The notes under the pieces are model-generated. The model saw only the letters and a program-made list of their open reading frames with translations, was not told the origin of the DNA and did no database searches. A DNA stretch of 63,529 nt, the filler included, from Octopus bimaculoides (lineage: Eukaryota): NCBI RefSeq assembly GCF_001194135.2. It is 4 parts of 3 records of this genome, joined end to end, with 100 filler letters (N's around TTAATTAATTAA, not from the genome) between each part and the next. Parts side by side here need not be neighbours in the genome. Positions count along the whole stretch, not along the records: positions 19,919 to 48,709 come from NC_068983.1; 3 more parts are not named here. The stretch is one strand, 5' to 3'. The position numbers were made by a program, and so were the translations under genes. Shown piece by piece: positions 21,791 to 34,800 of this stretch (the first letter of the stretch is position 1; every line of letters starts with the position of its first letter).

Positions 21791-23374
21791 CTATTTAACA
21801 CCTGTTTTCATGCTGGCATGGATTGGATAGTTCGACAGGAACTAGCAAATCAGGAAACTACACCAAACTCTCTACTGTCTACTTTAGTATGGTTTCTATG
21901 ACTGAATGCCCTTCTTAATACCAGCCACTTTACAGAGTGTACAGAGGGTACTTTTTATGTGGTGCCAGTAGCAGTGAGGTCACCCAGTAACTTGCAAGAT
22001 AAAACTCCTCAACAGAGGGAGTAGTACTGAGGGGCTGAAAAAGGAGTCTGATACTAAAGGGGAAACATGGCTACCTTAGGTGGGGAGAGAGAGGGGGAGT
22101 GAGAGGAGAGATAGATGAAGGAGTGGTGAGGGGACATTCACCCATGTTACAGGGGGAGTGTATATAATAAAGTGAACTGGGGACTGCAGGGATGAATGAG
22201 ATTGCAAAGGGAGTGTGATAGATGAATGGTGAAGAATGCAATGAGTTGCACAGGAGGAGGGGTTATTAGGGGGCAGTGGTGGCTCGTGTATAGGCACTGC
22301 AGAATGGCAGCATCCCCTATTTCCACCCGATATTATAACATTCAATTTAATGAGTCCCTTTTTTCTTTAATTCTTTCTTCATACTTGTACATTATATAAT
22401 CCTTAAGCTTAATGTCAGTAGCCATCCCCTAGTTTATGAAAAAAATACAAAAATCCTTGTATAGAGCTGCTCTTCACAGTTCCAGCAATGCAGTGTTTGG
22501 CTGTTGTGCGCATGCTCACATGTCCAAGATAGGAAGCTTCACACTAGGGAGAAAGAGCACTGCGTGAACGACAGTGCCAACCCTTGTGTGCTGGGGAAAG
22601 GTAGTGTTTCTTTTTTACTCCACGTGTGTTGTGCTTAAAAATGTGTTTATATTCTTGAATATGATAAAGTGTCGGATTAGATTATTATCCTACTTCCAGC
22701 TACAGTGTTGCTGCCAGGATTTGTAAAATAGGGCACATTCCCCCACCTTATTTTGTGATTTAAGGGGGATTTTTGAAAAACAAGGGGGAATTCGCAGTGA
22801 TGTTCAGTGAACAAATTAAACACACTACCCAGCAGTGGCTAAAACGTGAACCAATCAAGTTTATGTATAAATTTTCTTTTCATATGTTTGTTTCATTTTA
22901 CACAATATTTAAACAATGGCTAAAAATCTTCTGAAGCAGCACCACCACTGATTCTATCTATGAGCTGCCACTGTTAGGGGGTTTATGTTGTGGGGAAAAG
23001 ATTCAATAGGAGCGGAAGAACATATTATGTACAGACAGGTACATGAGGGAGAATGGAGGGGAGGAGAATACAACAAGAGTGGAAGATACATATATGTGTG
23101 TGTGTATGTGCATGTGAGAGAGAGAGAGAGTGTGTATATGTATGTTAGTGCTTCTGCACTTTGAGGTAACATGATAGTTGTAAAACAAGTGTCGCTCTCA
23201 TACAAGTGATGTTATTTAGTGTCAGCCTTCTGTGTAAAAACATGTTTGGCCAAGGGGAAATGTAACCTTGCTTGAATGAGAATTGGGGAAAAGAAGTGCA
23301 TCTGGTTGTAGAATATCTACCTCAAAAAATTCTGTCTGATCCATGCAAGAGTGGAAAAGTGGAAAAGGCAGCAA

Positions 23375-23580
23375 GCTGGCAGAATCGTTAGCATGCCAGG
23401 TGAAATGCTTAGCGGTATTTCATCTGCTGCTACATTCTAAGTTCACATTCCGCCAAGGTCAACTTTGCCTTTCATCCTTTTGGGGTCGATAAATTAAGTA
23501 CCAGTCAAGTACTGGAGTCGATGAGATCGACTTACCACCCTCCCCCAAAATTTCAGGCCTTGTGCCTACAGTAGAAAAGA
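23375..23580 (+). mobile_element. tRNA-like SINE family C copy
   Basis: Inverse of the copies at 36776-37085 (tcaactttgcctttcatcctt..ggggtcgataaattaagtaccag). Confidence 0.7.
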
Positions 23581-24310
23581 ATGGAAAAGGGGATACAATA
23601 AACTGAAACCAAGATGGCAGCGATTTTGTTGAAGATCAGTTGTACACCATAAAGATTGTTCTTGTAGACAGTTCCACAAACAACAGCCACAATTTCTTAT
23701 GTCTGGTCTGTGACAAACTTAGAATATGTCTTCAAGAAATCCAGAACAACATCATAATGTAATGCAACAAACTTACTGAGGTTGTATGATTCTTCTAACA
23801 CATCAGGATTGATCATTAAAAAAAGCTCAGAAACAAAATATGTCTCAAACATTATCATTCAATCTTGATTTTATTTCCACAATAACTTTGAAGTAATTTA
23901 TTCCCAATTTTAGCAGAAGGCCAATAATTTTAAAAGGGTGGGGACAAGTTGATTACACCAACCACACTACTTCACCAGTACTTTATTTTACCAAATCCCC
24001 CCAAAAAGATGAATGGCAAAGTTAAGCTCAGTTGTATTTGAGCTCAGAACATAGAGTTAGAAAAAATTCTGTTAAAAATTTGGTCCAACATATTAATGAT
24101 TCTGTAAAGTAATAATAGGTTAATATGGAATGGCAGGCATTGACAGTGGCATTTCTGTTACTGATCCATCAACCAGGACTAGCGATAAACAGAATACTTT
24201 TTTTTTTTTTTTTTTTTTTTTTTCTCTGTGGAGCCCTATTTCTTTGGATGATTTCTTTGATAGTATTACCTAAGTTTTCAGTGTATTTGAAAACATGTTT
24301 AAAGCTTTAA

Positions 24311-24514
24311 CCCTTTAGCATTTAAACCGGCCATATGCGGCCAAAAGTATTCTGCCTGTTTTATGTTCAAACTGGCCAGATCTGGTCTCTTACACCAACC
24401 CTACAATATTGTTTTAAAAATTAACAGCTACTTCATCAAAATCTCATAGCTACAAGATAATGTATGATTAGTTCGAAACAATGTAGATGGAAAAGCATTA
24501 AATTTGGCAAAGGG
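24311..24514. mobile_element. piggyBac-like non-autonomous element
   Basis: TTAA at 24307-24310 and 24515-24518 flank CCCTTT...AAAGGG termini. Confidence 0.75.
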
Positions 24515-26964
24515 TTAAAGCCAATATTCAATGTGACAGCCTTATTTTATTTCTTAAATCTCAAGATAAGAAGTTGCTATGGTCATGAGTTTCATAACTC
24601 TCAAAGCTGGTTTCAATTCTCATTAGCAATGCTTTCATTTCAGTTCATTTACATTTTTAATAATGAAATTCTAAAACAGAAATGGCAGAATCAATAAAGT
24701 CTTGAACAAAAGGAAGTCTGGGATTTAGTGTTGTCCTTTTATATCATGAATGTAAGTCCTATCAAAGTCAGCTTTACATTTCAGTCAATGAAAAAAGTAT
24801 CAATCAAGAACTCAGGTCAATTTAATCAGTTGATTCCTCCCTACAATAACCTTATAGCCATATCAGGAATCAATGAAACTCTAAGGAGAAGCATGCGGGT
24901 CTCATTTCACTCTGCCTCTTAAAACAACATAAGAACTTCTATGCCATCACCCAGCCTGCTAGAAATAGTAGTTGCCAAACTCTCCAATGTGTCCCCATGA
25001 ATTCTGTGAAGTGGTTGCCATTAAGAACAGCATCAAGAATGAAGAAACCATGCCAACACCTCGGTTTTTGGTACAGTCCTCTGTTTAATCAGTTCCTGTC
25101 AAACCATCAAACCCATGCCAACATGGAAAAATGTATATTAAATGACGATCAAAATAATGTTGATTATTCGGGGTGTTCAAATTATTTCATTATTTCTTTC
25201 TTTAAGTATAGACATATACTGACCTGTCAGTTTTATGTCTGACTTATAGAAATTAATATATTTGAAATTTAATTAAGAAATAATCAATACAGAAAATAAA
25301 TGTAAAAAATGTACAATATTTAATTCTAAAAATGAAATTAACAAATAATCAATATGAATATACAAAATCATAGTTGGATGTCACATAGAAATATGGGCAA
25401 AACTACAGTCACGTACATTTTTGACAGTTCAACCAAAGATTTATTATTATATGTGAACTCATTTAAATGGTTGGGAAGTTAATGTTGAATGCTTTTTGAA
25501 ATTCATCCATGTGTATTCAACATTGTTTAGATATATTCTGTGAAAGAATTTTCCAAACCTGTCACAGAGGCATTTACCCACAGACAGGGTCATCTTACAG
25601 TACTATAGGCTCTGGGTAAACCAATGCACTGGCCCTAGAGTACAGATTTATTGACAGCAAGCCATAGCATACATTGAGCACCTAGACCCATGAGGATCCT
25701 GGGAAACTGTCTGTGTGCCTATGCCTTAAGACAGCACTTCCCTCGGGGTACTAGTATTACAAACGATTTAACCAGCAAAATTTAAAGGTAAACTATAGTT
25801 GCATAAAGAATAAGGAAGCATCACCAAGGGCTATAAACATCCCACACCATTTAATGGGCACAAGAATCAGGAAATTAATTGTATTTTATCAATGAAATTC
25901 TGTTAACTGAAATAACAGGAAAAATAACAGAAATTATCAAAATTGAAAGTTATGTCACTTAAGTAAAAAGTCAAATCTTGAGTTTGCCAAGCTACAGACA
26001 CACACCAACCCTCTAAACCATATATTACAACGTGCAAGGGTAGTTTCAAGACTGAAGAGTTTAACCATATGCCCACCTTTAAACATGTAGGCAAAAGAAA
26101 TACTACAGTTTTATCAGGCTATATATGTAATTTGAAAGATTTATACTGAAATTCAGCCATAGGTACACCTCCTTGCGATTACTGTAGCATTGATAATGAA
26201 GAAAAGTTATCCATCCTCAAAAGAAAAATAAACATACAAAAACATCCAACTTAAATAGAAAGGCTGAGTTAATCTTTAAATGTTGACACTAAAACAAATA
26301 TTGCCTTTCCTGATCTTCAATGAGATATTAAGCCAGACTGAAAATATATAAATGAGCAACTGGAAATCTATAAACTACCTCTTTTAGGGAAGACAAGAGA
26401 GAAGTTAACAAAATGATGCACCATTAATGCTGAAAAACACTGAAGGATGTGATACCTACTTCACCAGCCATGTGTGATGAATGGCTGGAGACAGAGATAT
26501 GAAGGTGAGTAACAGAAAGCTGTTAAATATTCATTGTAAGACAATGAAATTTTTTACTTCATCTTTATATTGCAAAACACTGTAACTCTGCACGTGCGTG
26601 CACGCATAGCCAAACGGTTACAAAGTTCACTTTAGAATCGCAAGATTCCAAGTTCAATCTCAAAGCCTGATATTTTGAGCAAGTACCTTCTGCCATAGAC
26701 TTGGGTCGCTAACCCAAGAATCATGAATAAAATTGCAAAGATAGCAAGTGTGGGAAAGGCTGATGAATGAACTGTACCAGTAATACAATGAGCTAAACTA
26801 ACTACATACTGATTGTACCTGATGATTATGTTAAGAGTAGAAGCACCAGTAGAATACTCAACTACTTATATGCTAATTCAAAGAGTAAATTAACTGAACA
26901 ACTGGAATTATTCATCAACACAACCGGTGGAGATCCGTTGCTTATTTACTTATCTATCTATCAA

Positions 26965-27110
26965 TCATCATCATCATCGTTTAACATCCGTTTTCCATGC
27001 TAGCATGGGTTGGACGGTTTGACTGAGGACTGGTGAAACCAGATGGCTACACCAGGCTCCAATCTGATTTGGCAGAGTTTCTACAGCTGGATGCCCTTCC
27101 TAACACCAAT
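26965..27110 (-). mobile_element. 3'-end fragment of the RTE-type LINE family; further copies at about 21800-21930, 27630-27782, 29436-29585, 30500-30602 (-) and about 24995-25145, 29330-29437 (+)
   Basis: Shared (atc)n-gtttaac.tcc..tttccatgctagcatgggttgg...cagctggatgcccttcctaac block, as at 20294-20490. Confidence 0.85.
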
Positions 27111-27934
27111 CAATATACATATATATATATAAATATATTTTATATTGTAAAATTGTTATGCTTTTTGGATAACTGGTATGGGAAGGACATGTCCACATCT
27201 TATGAGCAATTTTTTCTGTGTCTTCTTTTATCATCCTTCTATGTAATGTATATATATATATATATATATAGCACAGAATTTTGTCAGTGAACAGGTCGCG
27301 GTCTCAAAGCGACGAAAATATTTTGACAAATTAAATTTAAATGTTGAAGTGAATCTAACGGATTTTGTGTGTTATTTTAAATGGCTTATAAACACCTTCC
27401 ACGCTGCAATTGTTTATATATATATGGTTTTAGAAAAAAGAACCAAAGTTCATGAACTCATCCATGAAAATCCACAGTCACATAGAAAAATTAATAAGTA
27501 AATGCACGATAAAACTATATATTTATATTTTATACTGTGAAACTTAATTTAATTTAAATTTTTGATAAATTGAATTTAATTGAGTTTTTACCTGTAAATT
27601 TGGATTTTTATCCCTAATATTATTATTATCATCATCATCATCATCGTTTAACGTCCGCTTTCCATGCTAGCATGGGTTGGACGATTTGACTGAGGACTGG
27701 TGAAACCGGATGGCAACACCAGGCTCCAATCTAATTTGGCAGAGTTTCTACAGCTGGATGCCCTTCCTAACGCCAACCACTCATAAGTATATACTGTATA
27801 TATATCTTTTAAATTTGTTTTTTGTAACGTTAAGGGTATGCAAATAAACCTTCTATTTAATTATGCCGACCACCGTCTAATGGTATTGAGTAGTGAGTCA
27901 GTTTTTTGGGATTGCATCATGGTTATACCGATAT

Positions 27935-28312
27935 CGTTGTTGTTGGCACTCCGTCGCTTACGACGTCGAGGGTTCCAGTTGATCTAATCAACAGAACAGC
28001 CTGCTCGTGAAATTAACGTGCAAGTGGCTGAGCACTCCACAGACACATGTACCCTTAACGTAGTTCTCGGGGATATTCAGTGTGACAAGGCTGGCCCTTT
28101 GAAATACAGGCACAACAGAAACAGGAAGAGAGAGTGAGAAAAATTTGTGGTGGAAGAGTACACCAAGGTTCGCCACCATCCCCTGCTGGAGCCTCGTGGA
28201 GCTTTAGGTGTTTTCGCTCAATAAACACTCACAACGCCTGGTCTGGAAATCGAAACCACAATCCTATGACCACGAGTCCACTGCCCTAAACACTGGGCCA
28301 TTGCGCCTCCAC
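27935..28312 (-). mobile_element. tRNA-derived SINE family B, full-length with 11-bp TSD
   Basis: tRNA-like head on - strand, (CAA)n tail, TSD tataccgatat at 27924-27934 and 28313-28323. Confidence 0.9.
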
Positions 28313-28534
28313 TATACCGATATAATGTAGGAAAGAAATAATAATAACAATAATTCTAGGATGGAATTTATAAATATTTGATACATCGATGTATTAAATA
28401 TTTATAAATCCCATCCTAGAATTATTGTTATATATATATACACATACACAAATGGTCTTCTTCCAGTTTCCATCAACCAGGTCCACTATCAAGGGTTTGG
28501 TCACTCAGCTCAGTGCTATAGTAGAGGACACCAG

Positions 28535-28707
28535 TCGAGAAAATCGACCCCAGGACTTATTCTTTGTAAGTTTAGTACTTATTCTATTGGACTCTTTTGC
28601 TGAACCTCTAAGTTGGTGTAAACACACCAACATCAGTTGTCAAGTGATGTTGNNNNNNNNNNNNNNNNNNNNNNNNNNNNNNNNNNNNNNNNNNNNNNNN
28701 NNNNNNN

Positions 28708-28742
<35 letters not shown>

Positions 28743-28900
28743 CAGGCTTCTTTCAGTTTCCGTCTACCAAATACACTCACAAGGCTTTGGTCGGCCCAAG
28801 GCCATAGTAGAAGGCACTTGCCAAAGGTGCCATGCAATGGGACTGAACCCGGAGCCATGTGGTTGGTAAGCAAGCTACTTACCACACAGCCACTCCTGCA
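28535..28900 (-). mobile_element. SINE family A copy spanning a gap
   Basis: Reverse complement of the 12972-13353 head and tail. Confidence 0.85.
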
Positions 28901-30602
28901 CATGTAAATATTTAAGCTTCATGTATCATTTGCTTATTTAAATTTGCTGTATTTGCCAAACAGATTTTTTTTCCCCTTCTGTGTAATGAACATGACTTCT
29001 TATGATTTTACAAGTCACATCGACCTAGGGTTAAGCTACATATCATAGCAAAGAAAAGCAAGTGTTACATGCTTTTCTAACAGTCAAGTATAGAAGTATT
29101 GAAGCAGAAATTTTAAAATGAAAATAAATTAACCTAAATTCAAAGCATGATGACAGAGACATTGACTGAATTGATAAGACAGAAATTATCAATGTAACAT
29201 CTTCACTGGTTTTGATTTTTGTCTTTATGTGACACTAGCACTCGAGCGAAGTCATGTTGTAAGCGATACGATGACCTCATTAGAGAACATGCTATGAAAA
29301 AAAAAAAGCACTCTATACTCTGTAAAGCATTTGGTGTCAAGAAGGGTGTCCAACCATAAAAAAAACATGCCAAAGTAGATATTGGAGCATGATGCAGTCC
29401 TCATCTTATCAAACCATCCAACCCATACCAGCATATCATCATCATCATTGTTTAACATCCTCCTTCCATGCTGGCATGGGCTGGACAGTTTGACAGGAGC
29501 TGGCCAGGCAGAAGCCTGCACCATGCTTCTGTGTCTGTTTTGGAATGGTTTTTATGGCTGGATACCCTTTCTAACACCAACTACTCATAGAAGATAAATA
29601 CTGCTTTCTACTAAAAGACAAAGTCAACCATGGCAGAATTTGAACTCAGAATGTAAAGACTAATGAAATGACACTTTACCTGGTGTGCTAGCAATTTTGC
29701 CGGCTCACTGGCTTTATAGAAAATAATTGTTAGATGATGATGATGATATTTTTTTAAAATCTAATTCCTCTGTTAATCTTCATTCGATTCCACTACTACC
29801 CCTTATGCATTCATCATCTGTATTGGCTACACCACATGCAATCCCTATCTACACATTTTCAGCAAATCAGAGAAAGCCAGTTTCCTGAAGGGATTAACAT
29901 CCTGTTTCCTTATTTGGATGCTTTGCAAAGTTGTAGCAGTTGGTTTTAAGTAGCCATGAGGGTCCAAGTAGATAAAAATCAAAAAACAAGGAAAAGTATG
30001 TGATAAGGAAGTGACAAACAAATACGAAATATTCAAAGTTAGACAAATAAAACATGATGGAATAAGCATAGAGCTATGAAAAGGAATCAAAGAATAACTC
30101 AAGAATACACACAGCAAACATAAATACACCAATAAAAGGAATAGAAGAGAGTCTAGCATTTCAGGTTAATACCCCTTATGGAAAAGAAGGGAAAGTAATA
30201 AGAGAGGCAAGAGAAAAAGAATTAGAAATGATAATGAATTTATTGTCTTGGTAACATTTATATTAATTTTCCTCTTCTCTTATACATTTTCCTTCTCCTT
30301 GATAAAGTGTATAATCCAGAATGTTAGATCCTATTCTATTTCTTTCATTCACATATATATTTCTGTTATATACATTCCTTGATAATTGTTTCACTCTTTA
30401 TTTGTCTAACATCATATAATTATTTGTTTGTCACTTTTTAACTTCATAATCTTCCATTATATTTGTGTTTCTTTATCTAAATATATCTGTCTCTATAGTC
30501 ATCATCATCATCATCATTTCACATCCGCTTTCCATACGAGCATGGGTCGGACAGTTTGACTGAGAACTAGCAAGCCAGGAAACTGTACCAGGCTCCAATC
30601 TG

Positions 30603-30643
<41 letters not shown>

Positions 30644-30647
30644 TATG

Positions 30648-30684
<37 letters not shown>

Positions 30685-31808
30685 NNNNNNNNNNNNNNNN
30701 NNNNNNNNNNNNNNNNNNNNNNNNNNNNNNNNNNNNNNNNNNNNNNNNNNNNNNNNNNNNNNNNNNNNNNNNNNNNNNNNNNNNNNNNNNNNNNNNNNNN
30801 NNNNNNNNNNNNNNNNNNNNNNNNNNNNNNNNNNNNNNNNNNNNNNNNNNNNNNNNNNNNNNNNNNNNNNNNNNNNNNNNNNNNNNNNNNNNNNNNNNNN
30901 NNNNNNNNNNNNNNNNNNNNNNNNNNNNNNNNNNNNNNNNNNNNNNNNNNNNNNNNNNNNNNNNNNNNNNNNNNNNNNNNNNNNNNNNNNNNNNNNNNNN
31001 NNNNNNNNNNNNNNNNNNNNNNNNNNNNNNNNNNNNNNNNNNNNNNNNNNNNNNNNNNNNNNNNNNNNNNNNNNNNNNNNNNNNNNNNNNNNNNNNNNNN
31101 NNNNNNNNNNNNNNNNNNNNNNNNNNNNNNNNNNNNNNNNNNNNNNNNNNNNNNNNNNNNNNNNNNNNNNNNNNNNNNNNNNNNNNNNNNNNNNNNNNNN
31201 NNNNNNNNNNNNNNNNNNNNNNNNNNNNNNNNNNNNNNNNNNNNNNNNNNNNNNNNNNNNNNNNNNNNNNNNNNNNNNNNNNNNNNNNNNNNNNNNNNNN
31301 NNNNNNNNNNNNNNNNNNNNNNNNNNNNNNNNNNNNNNNNNNNNNNNNNNNNNNNNNNNNNNNNNNNNNNNNNNNNNNNNNNNNNNNNNNNNNNNNNNNN
31401 NNNNNNNNNNNNNNNNNNNNNNNNNNNNNNNNNNNNNNNNNNNNNNNNNNNNNNNNNNNNNNNNNNNNNNNNNNNNNNNNNNNNNNNNNNNNNNNNNNNN
31501 NNNNNNNNNNNNNNNNNNNNNNNNNNNNNNNNNNNNNNNNNNNNNNNNNNNNNNNNNNNNNNNNNNNNNNNNNNNNNNNNNNNNNNNNNNNNNNNNNNNN
31601 NNNNNNNNNNNNNNNNNNNNNNNNNNNATATATATATATATATAGAAGTGTTTCATAGTGAGTGGAGCCTCACCATGGATTTTATATATATGTGCGTGTG
31701 TGTGTATATATAGTGCGCATGTATGTATGTGTGTGTGTGTGTGTGTGTGTATATGTATATACATTTTCTCCAGTTTCTAGAGAGGCCCTTGCTAGAGAGG
31801 CCATAGGC

Positions 31809-31875
31809 CTAGAGTCTGAAGAAACACCGTAAAGCTAAGCACTTTATGGACGTGAAACCCAGGGTAACCTCATAG
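31809..31875 (+). ncRNA. Hammerhead-ribozyme-like motif (minimal type I, imperfect)
   Basis: CTGAAGA core, stem II CCGTAAAG/CTTTATGG, GAAA, near-palindromic ACCCAGGGT, GUA triplet, bulged stem I (CTAGAGT / ACcTCaTAG). Folded by eye. Confidence 0.4.
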
Positions 31876-34800
31876 ACCAGCCATACCCAACTTTATCTAT
31901 CTATCTGTATGTATGTATGTATACACACAAATATACATACCTTCATATATTCAATGTCACGTATATACATAATTACATGTACATACCTATATATGCATAT
32001 ATGAATACACACACACATATATATATATTGTGTTGTGAGGTTTCAACAAGTAGTACAGCCCTTTATCAGTATGTATATGATAGCAATGTTCCACCAGACT
32101 TGAGGTTTTTTTATTATAATTATATAAACATATATACACAGACACACATAAGTACATACACATACGGACAGACACCCACACAGACATGTGTAAGTATACA
32201 TACACACACATATTCATATATATATATATATATATATAATGTATGTATACAAATAATGGCATAGTTGTGTTGATTAGCAAAAGAAGAGAAAAATACTTTG
32301 AATATATTCACATGTACATATTAAGATATATTGTTTGATAATGCCAGTTATCAGCGTTTATATACTTGTACATATATACACACATGCATGTATACATACA
32401 TACACACACACAGACACATGCTCATACATACATACATAGTAATCAGGTGTTAAATTTCATTACACTTACCTGATTGAATCAAAACAAATTACAATAATAC
32501 CAGTTTTATTTTCTTATTTCCTTTCGATACTCTTCAACATATAAAAGACCTTTGCGGTTGTTAAATCCAAAATGACAGGAGATCCAATCAAGAAGTGGGC
32601 GGGTGGGGGGAACGGACAGCGGGGGAAGAAAAGAAAAAGAAAAATGAAAGTGTAAATTAAAAAAGGTGTAGAAATTAGTTTTGTGTTAATGTTTGAATTA
32701 CATTAGTTATTTAAAATGTCAAGTAAGTATAGTGCGTTTTTTTTTCTTTTTAATTAATGAAGTTTTGATGTTTACAAAATTGTATATGGTTAAAAAGAAT
32801 GCCAGCACTGAACGAAGATTTGACGAAGCTGTATGCGTCTGTATGTGTGTGTGTGTGTCTGTGTGTGTGTTGGCGCGTGTGTATTTGCTTGTTTGCACTC
32901 GTGGATGATCGTGCACGAATGTGGTGTGTGTGTGTGTGTGCGTGCGTGTACAGTATGTATGTGTTTGAGTGCGTGTTTATGTACGCATGTTGATATGTAT
33001 ATGCGTGCGCGAATGTTTGTGTGTGTGTATGTCTGTCTGCGTGGATGCATGTGTTCGCCTATTAATATATTAATGTGTGTGTGTGTGTGTGTGTGTACTT
33101 ACGTTTATCTTATGACTGCGAGTTTTGACTTGTTGGTGTTATCCGTAAACGGAGTAAAATTGAAACAAGCTAGTGATTTCTGTACTTTTAAAACACCACC
33201 AGTTCTACAACTGTCTGCTTGAAATTTTCTTCTCTCTCTCTCTCTCTCTCCCTCACTGTCTTTCAATGCCTTCCATTTACTTCGCGATCTCTTTCTTCCA
33301 CCTGTTTGATTACTTTAATATTTCCGTTGCTAAGCATTGATGAATGCCAAGAGATGATCAGTTGAGAAGAAGAAGAGAGTCAGAGGTGTAGAGAGAGAAA
33401 TTCGAACGAAAGAGAACCAGGCTGGAGAAAGAATTCAGTAGTTGCGAAGAGTAAGAGAAAGATAAAGTTGTGTGTTCGAAGAGATGTATTTAAATGAGTA
33501 AACGAATTAAATACATATTAAATAAATGGCTGTAAACAAGGATGTTGATGAAAGTAACAAAGGAAAAGAGAAAGAGGTAAATGAAATATAAAGTACTGGA
33601 AGGGAGAGAAATAGGAAAGGGTGAAAGAAGATAGGGAGTATAAAAAAGTGGGAGTGGGTGTGAGAGCTAAAAGAAGAGCGTGAGTTGCAGAAAGAGGGGA
33701 GAGAACCAGATAGATAAGCAAAGAGAGGGTAAAAGAGAGAGAGCAAACAGACAGGCAAGCAGAGGGTAAGAGACAAATAGATAGACAAAGCGAAAGTGAG
33801 AGATAGATAGAAAGAGAAGAGGGTAAATGAGAGAGAGAGACAGAGTAATAAAAGTATGAATGGTTGGGAAGGGGAGTGGAAAAGCTTGTAAGTGACATTG
33901 CCAGAAATAGAGTAATAAACAAACCGATAAACAAAAGCATGATGGAAATAGGACAGAAGAGGAAGAAATACATATTACCACTACTACCACTACTACAGTT
34001 GTTATTAATATTTATTAGTATTAGTAGTAGAGAGAAACGGAGCGGAATTGGATTAAGGAGCGGAAGAAAAGAAAAGAAAAACGATGAATGTTTGTGGGAG
34101 TGATATCTGAATCAAATGAATCGATTTTCCCAACACTATTTATGTATTTAAAAATAATAATAGTAACCGCAGTGAGAGGTACGGCACTGCTGTGGGAGGG
34201 CTTGGTGTGGCGAAGAATAAGAAAGATCCCACACATATTCACACACAAAAGGTAAAAGAAAATCTAAAGAATACTACACCATTGCAAGGATCGGCAATAA
34301 CCGTTATATACACGATGAATTAGTTGTGGGAGGGGAAATACGGAATCTAGAAGTGGGGAAAATTCGAAATCTATTAATAGGTAAATAAATTGATAAATTA
34401 AAGAGAAGTCCTCAATTTCCCTTCATTTACTTTTAATATGTCCTTGATTGATAAGCTTGAAAGTCATATTGTTTCCTTCTCAACTCAGAAAGTTAAAATA
34501 ATTTCTCGCTTAAATAATATCCAACAAAATCTTGGAACCGAAGATGGAAGAACTGTTGTCATTTAGCATACTAGAAATGACAACCAGGTCTCCGTATGAC
34601 CATGAACTAAAACAGGATGCATAATGTACTCCAAGGTGCGCTATGCACACACACACACCACCATGACTACCCAAAAAAAATGGGTGGAAAAGTCGTATGT
34701 AGAATGTCTTTTATGATGGATCTGGTCTTCTCAGTGAAGGCTAAATAATAACATAAACTAAGAATTTTAAGTGGGAGTGTTACGAAATGTACTGAACATG

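Noticed and set aside
20294-30602. Strand bias of RTE 3'-end copies
   Set aside because: Plus-strand copies also occur (about 24995 and 29330), so no clear bias.
33103-33217. - strand segment ending in a GTAAGT donor (another at about 32469)
   Set aside because: All frames hit stops and no partner coding exons were found; could be UTR but unsupported.
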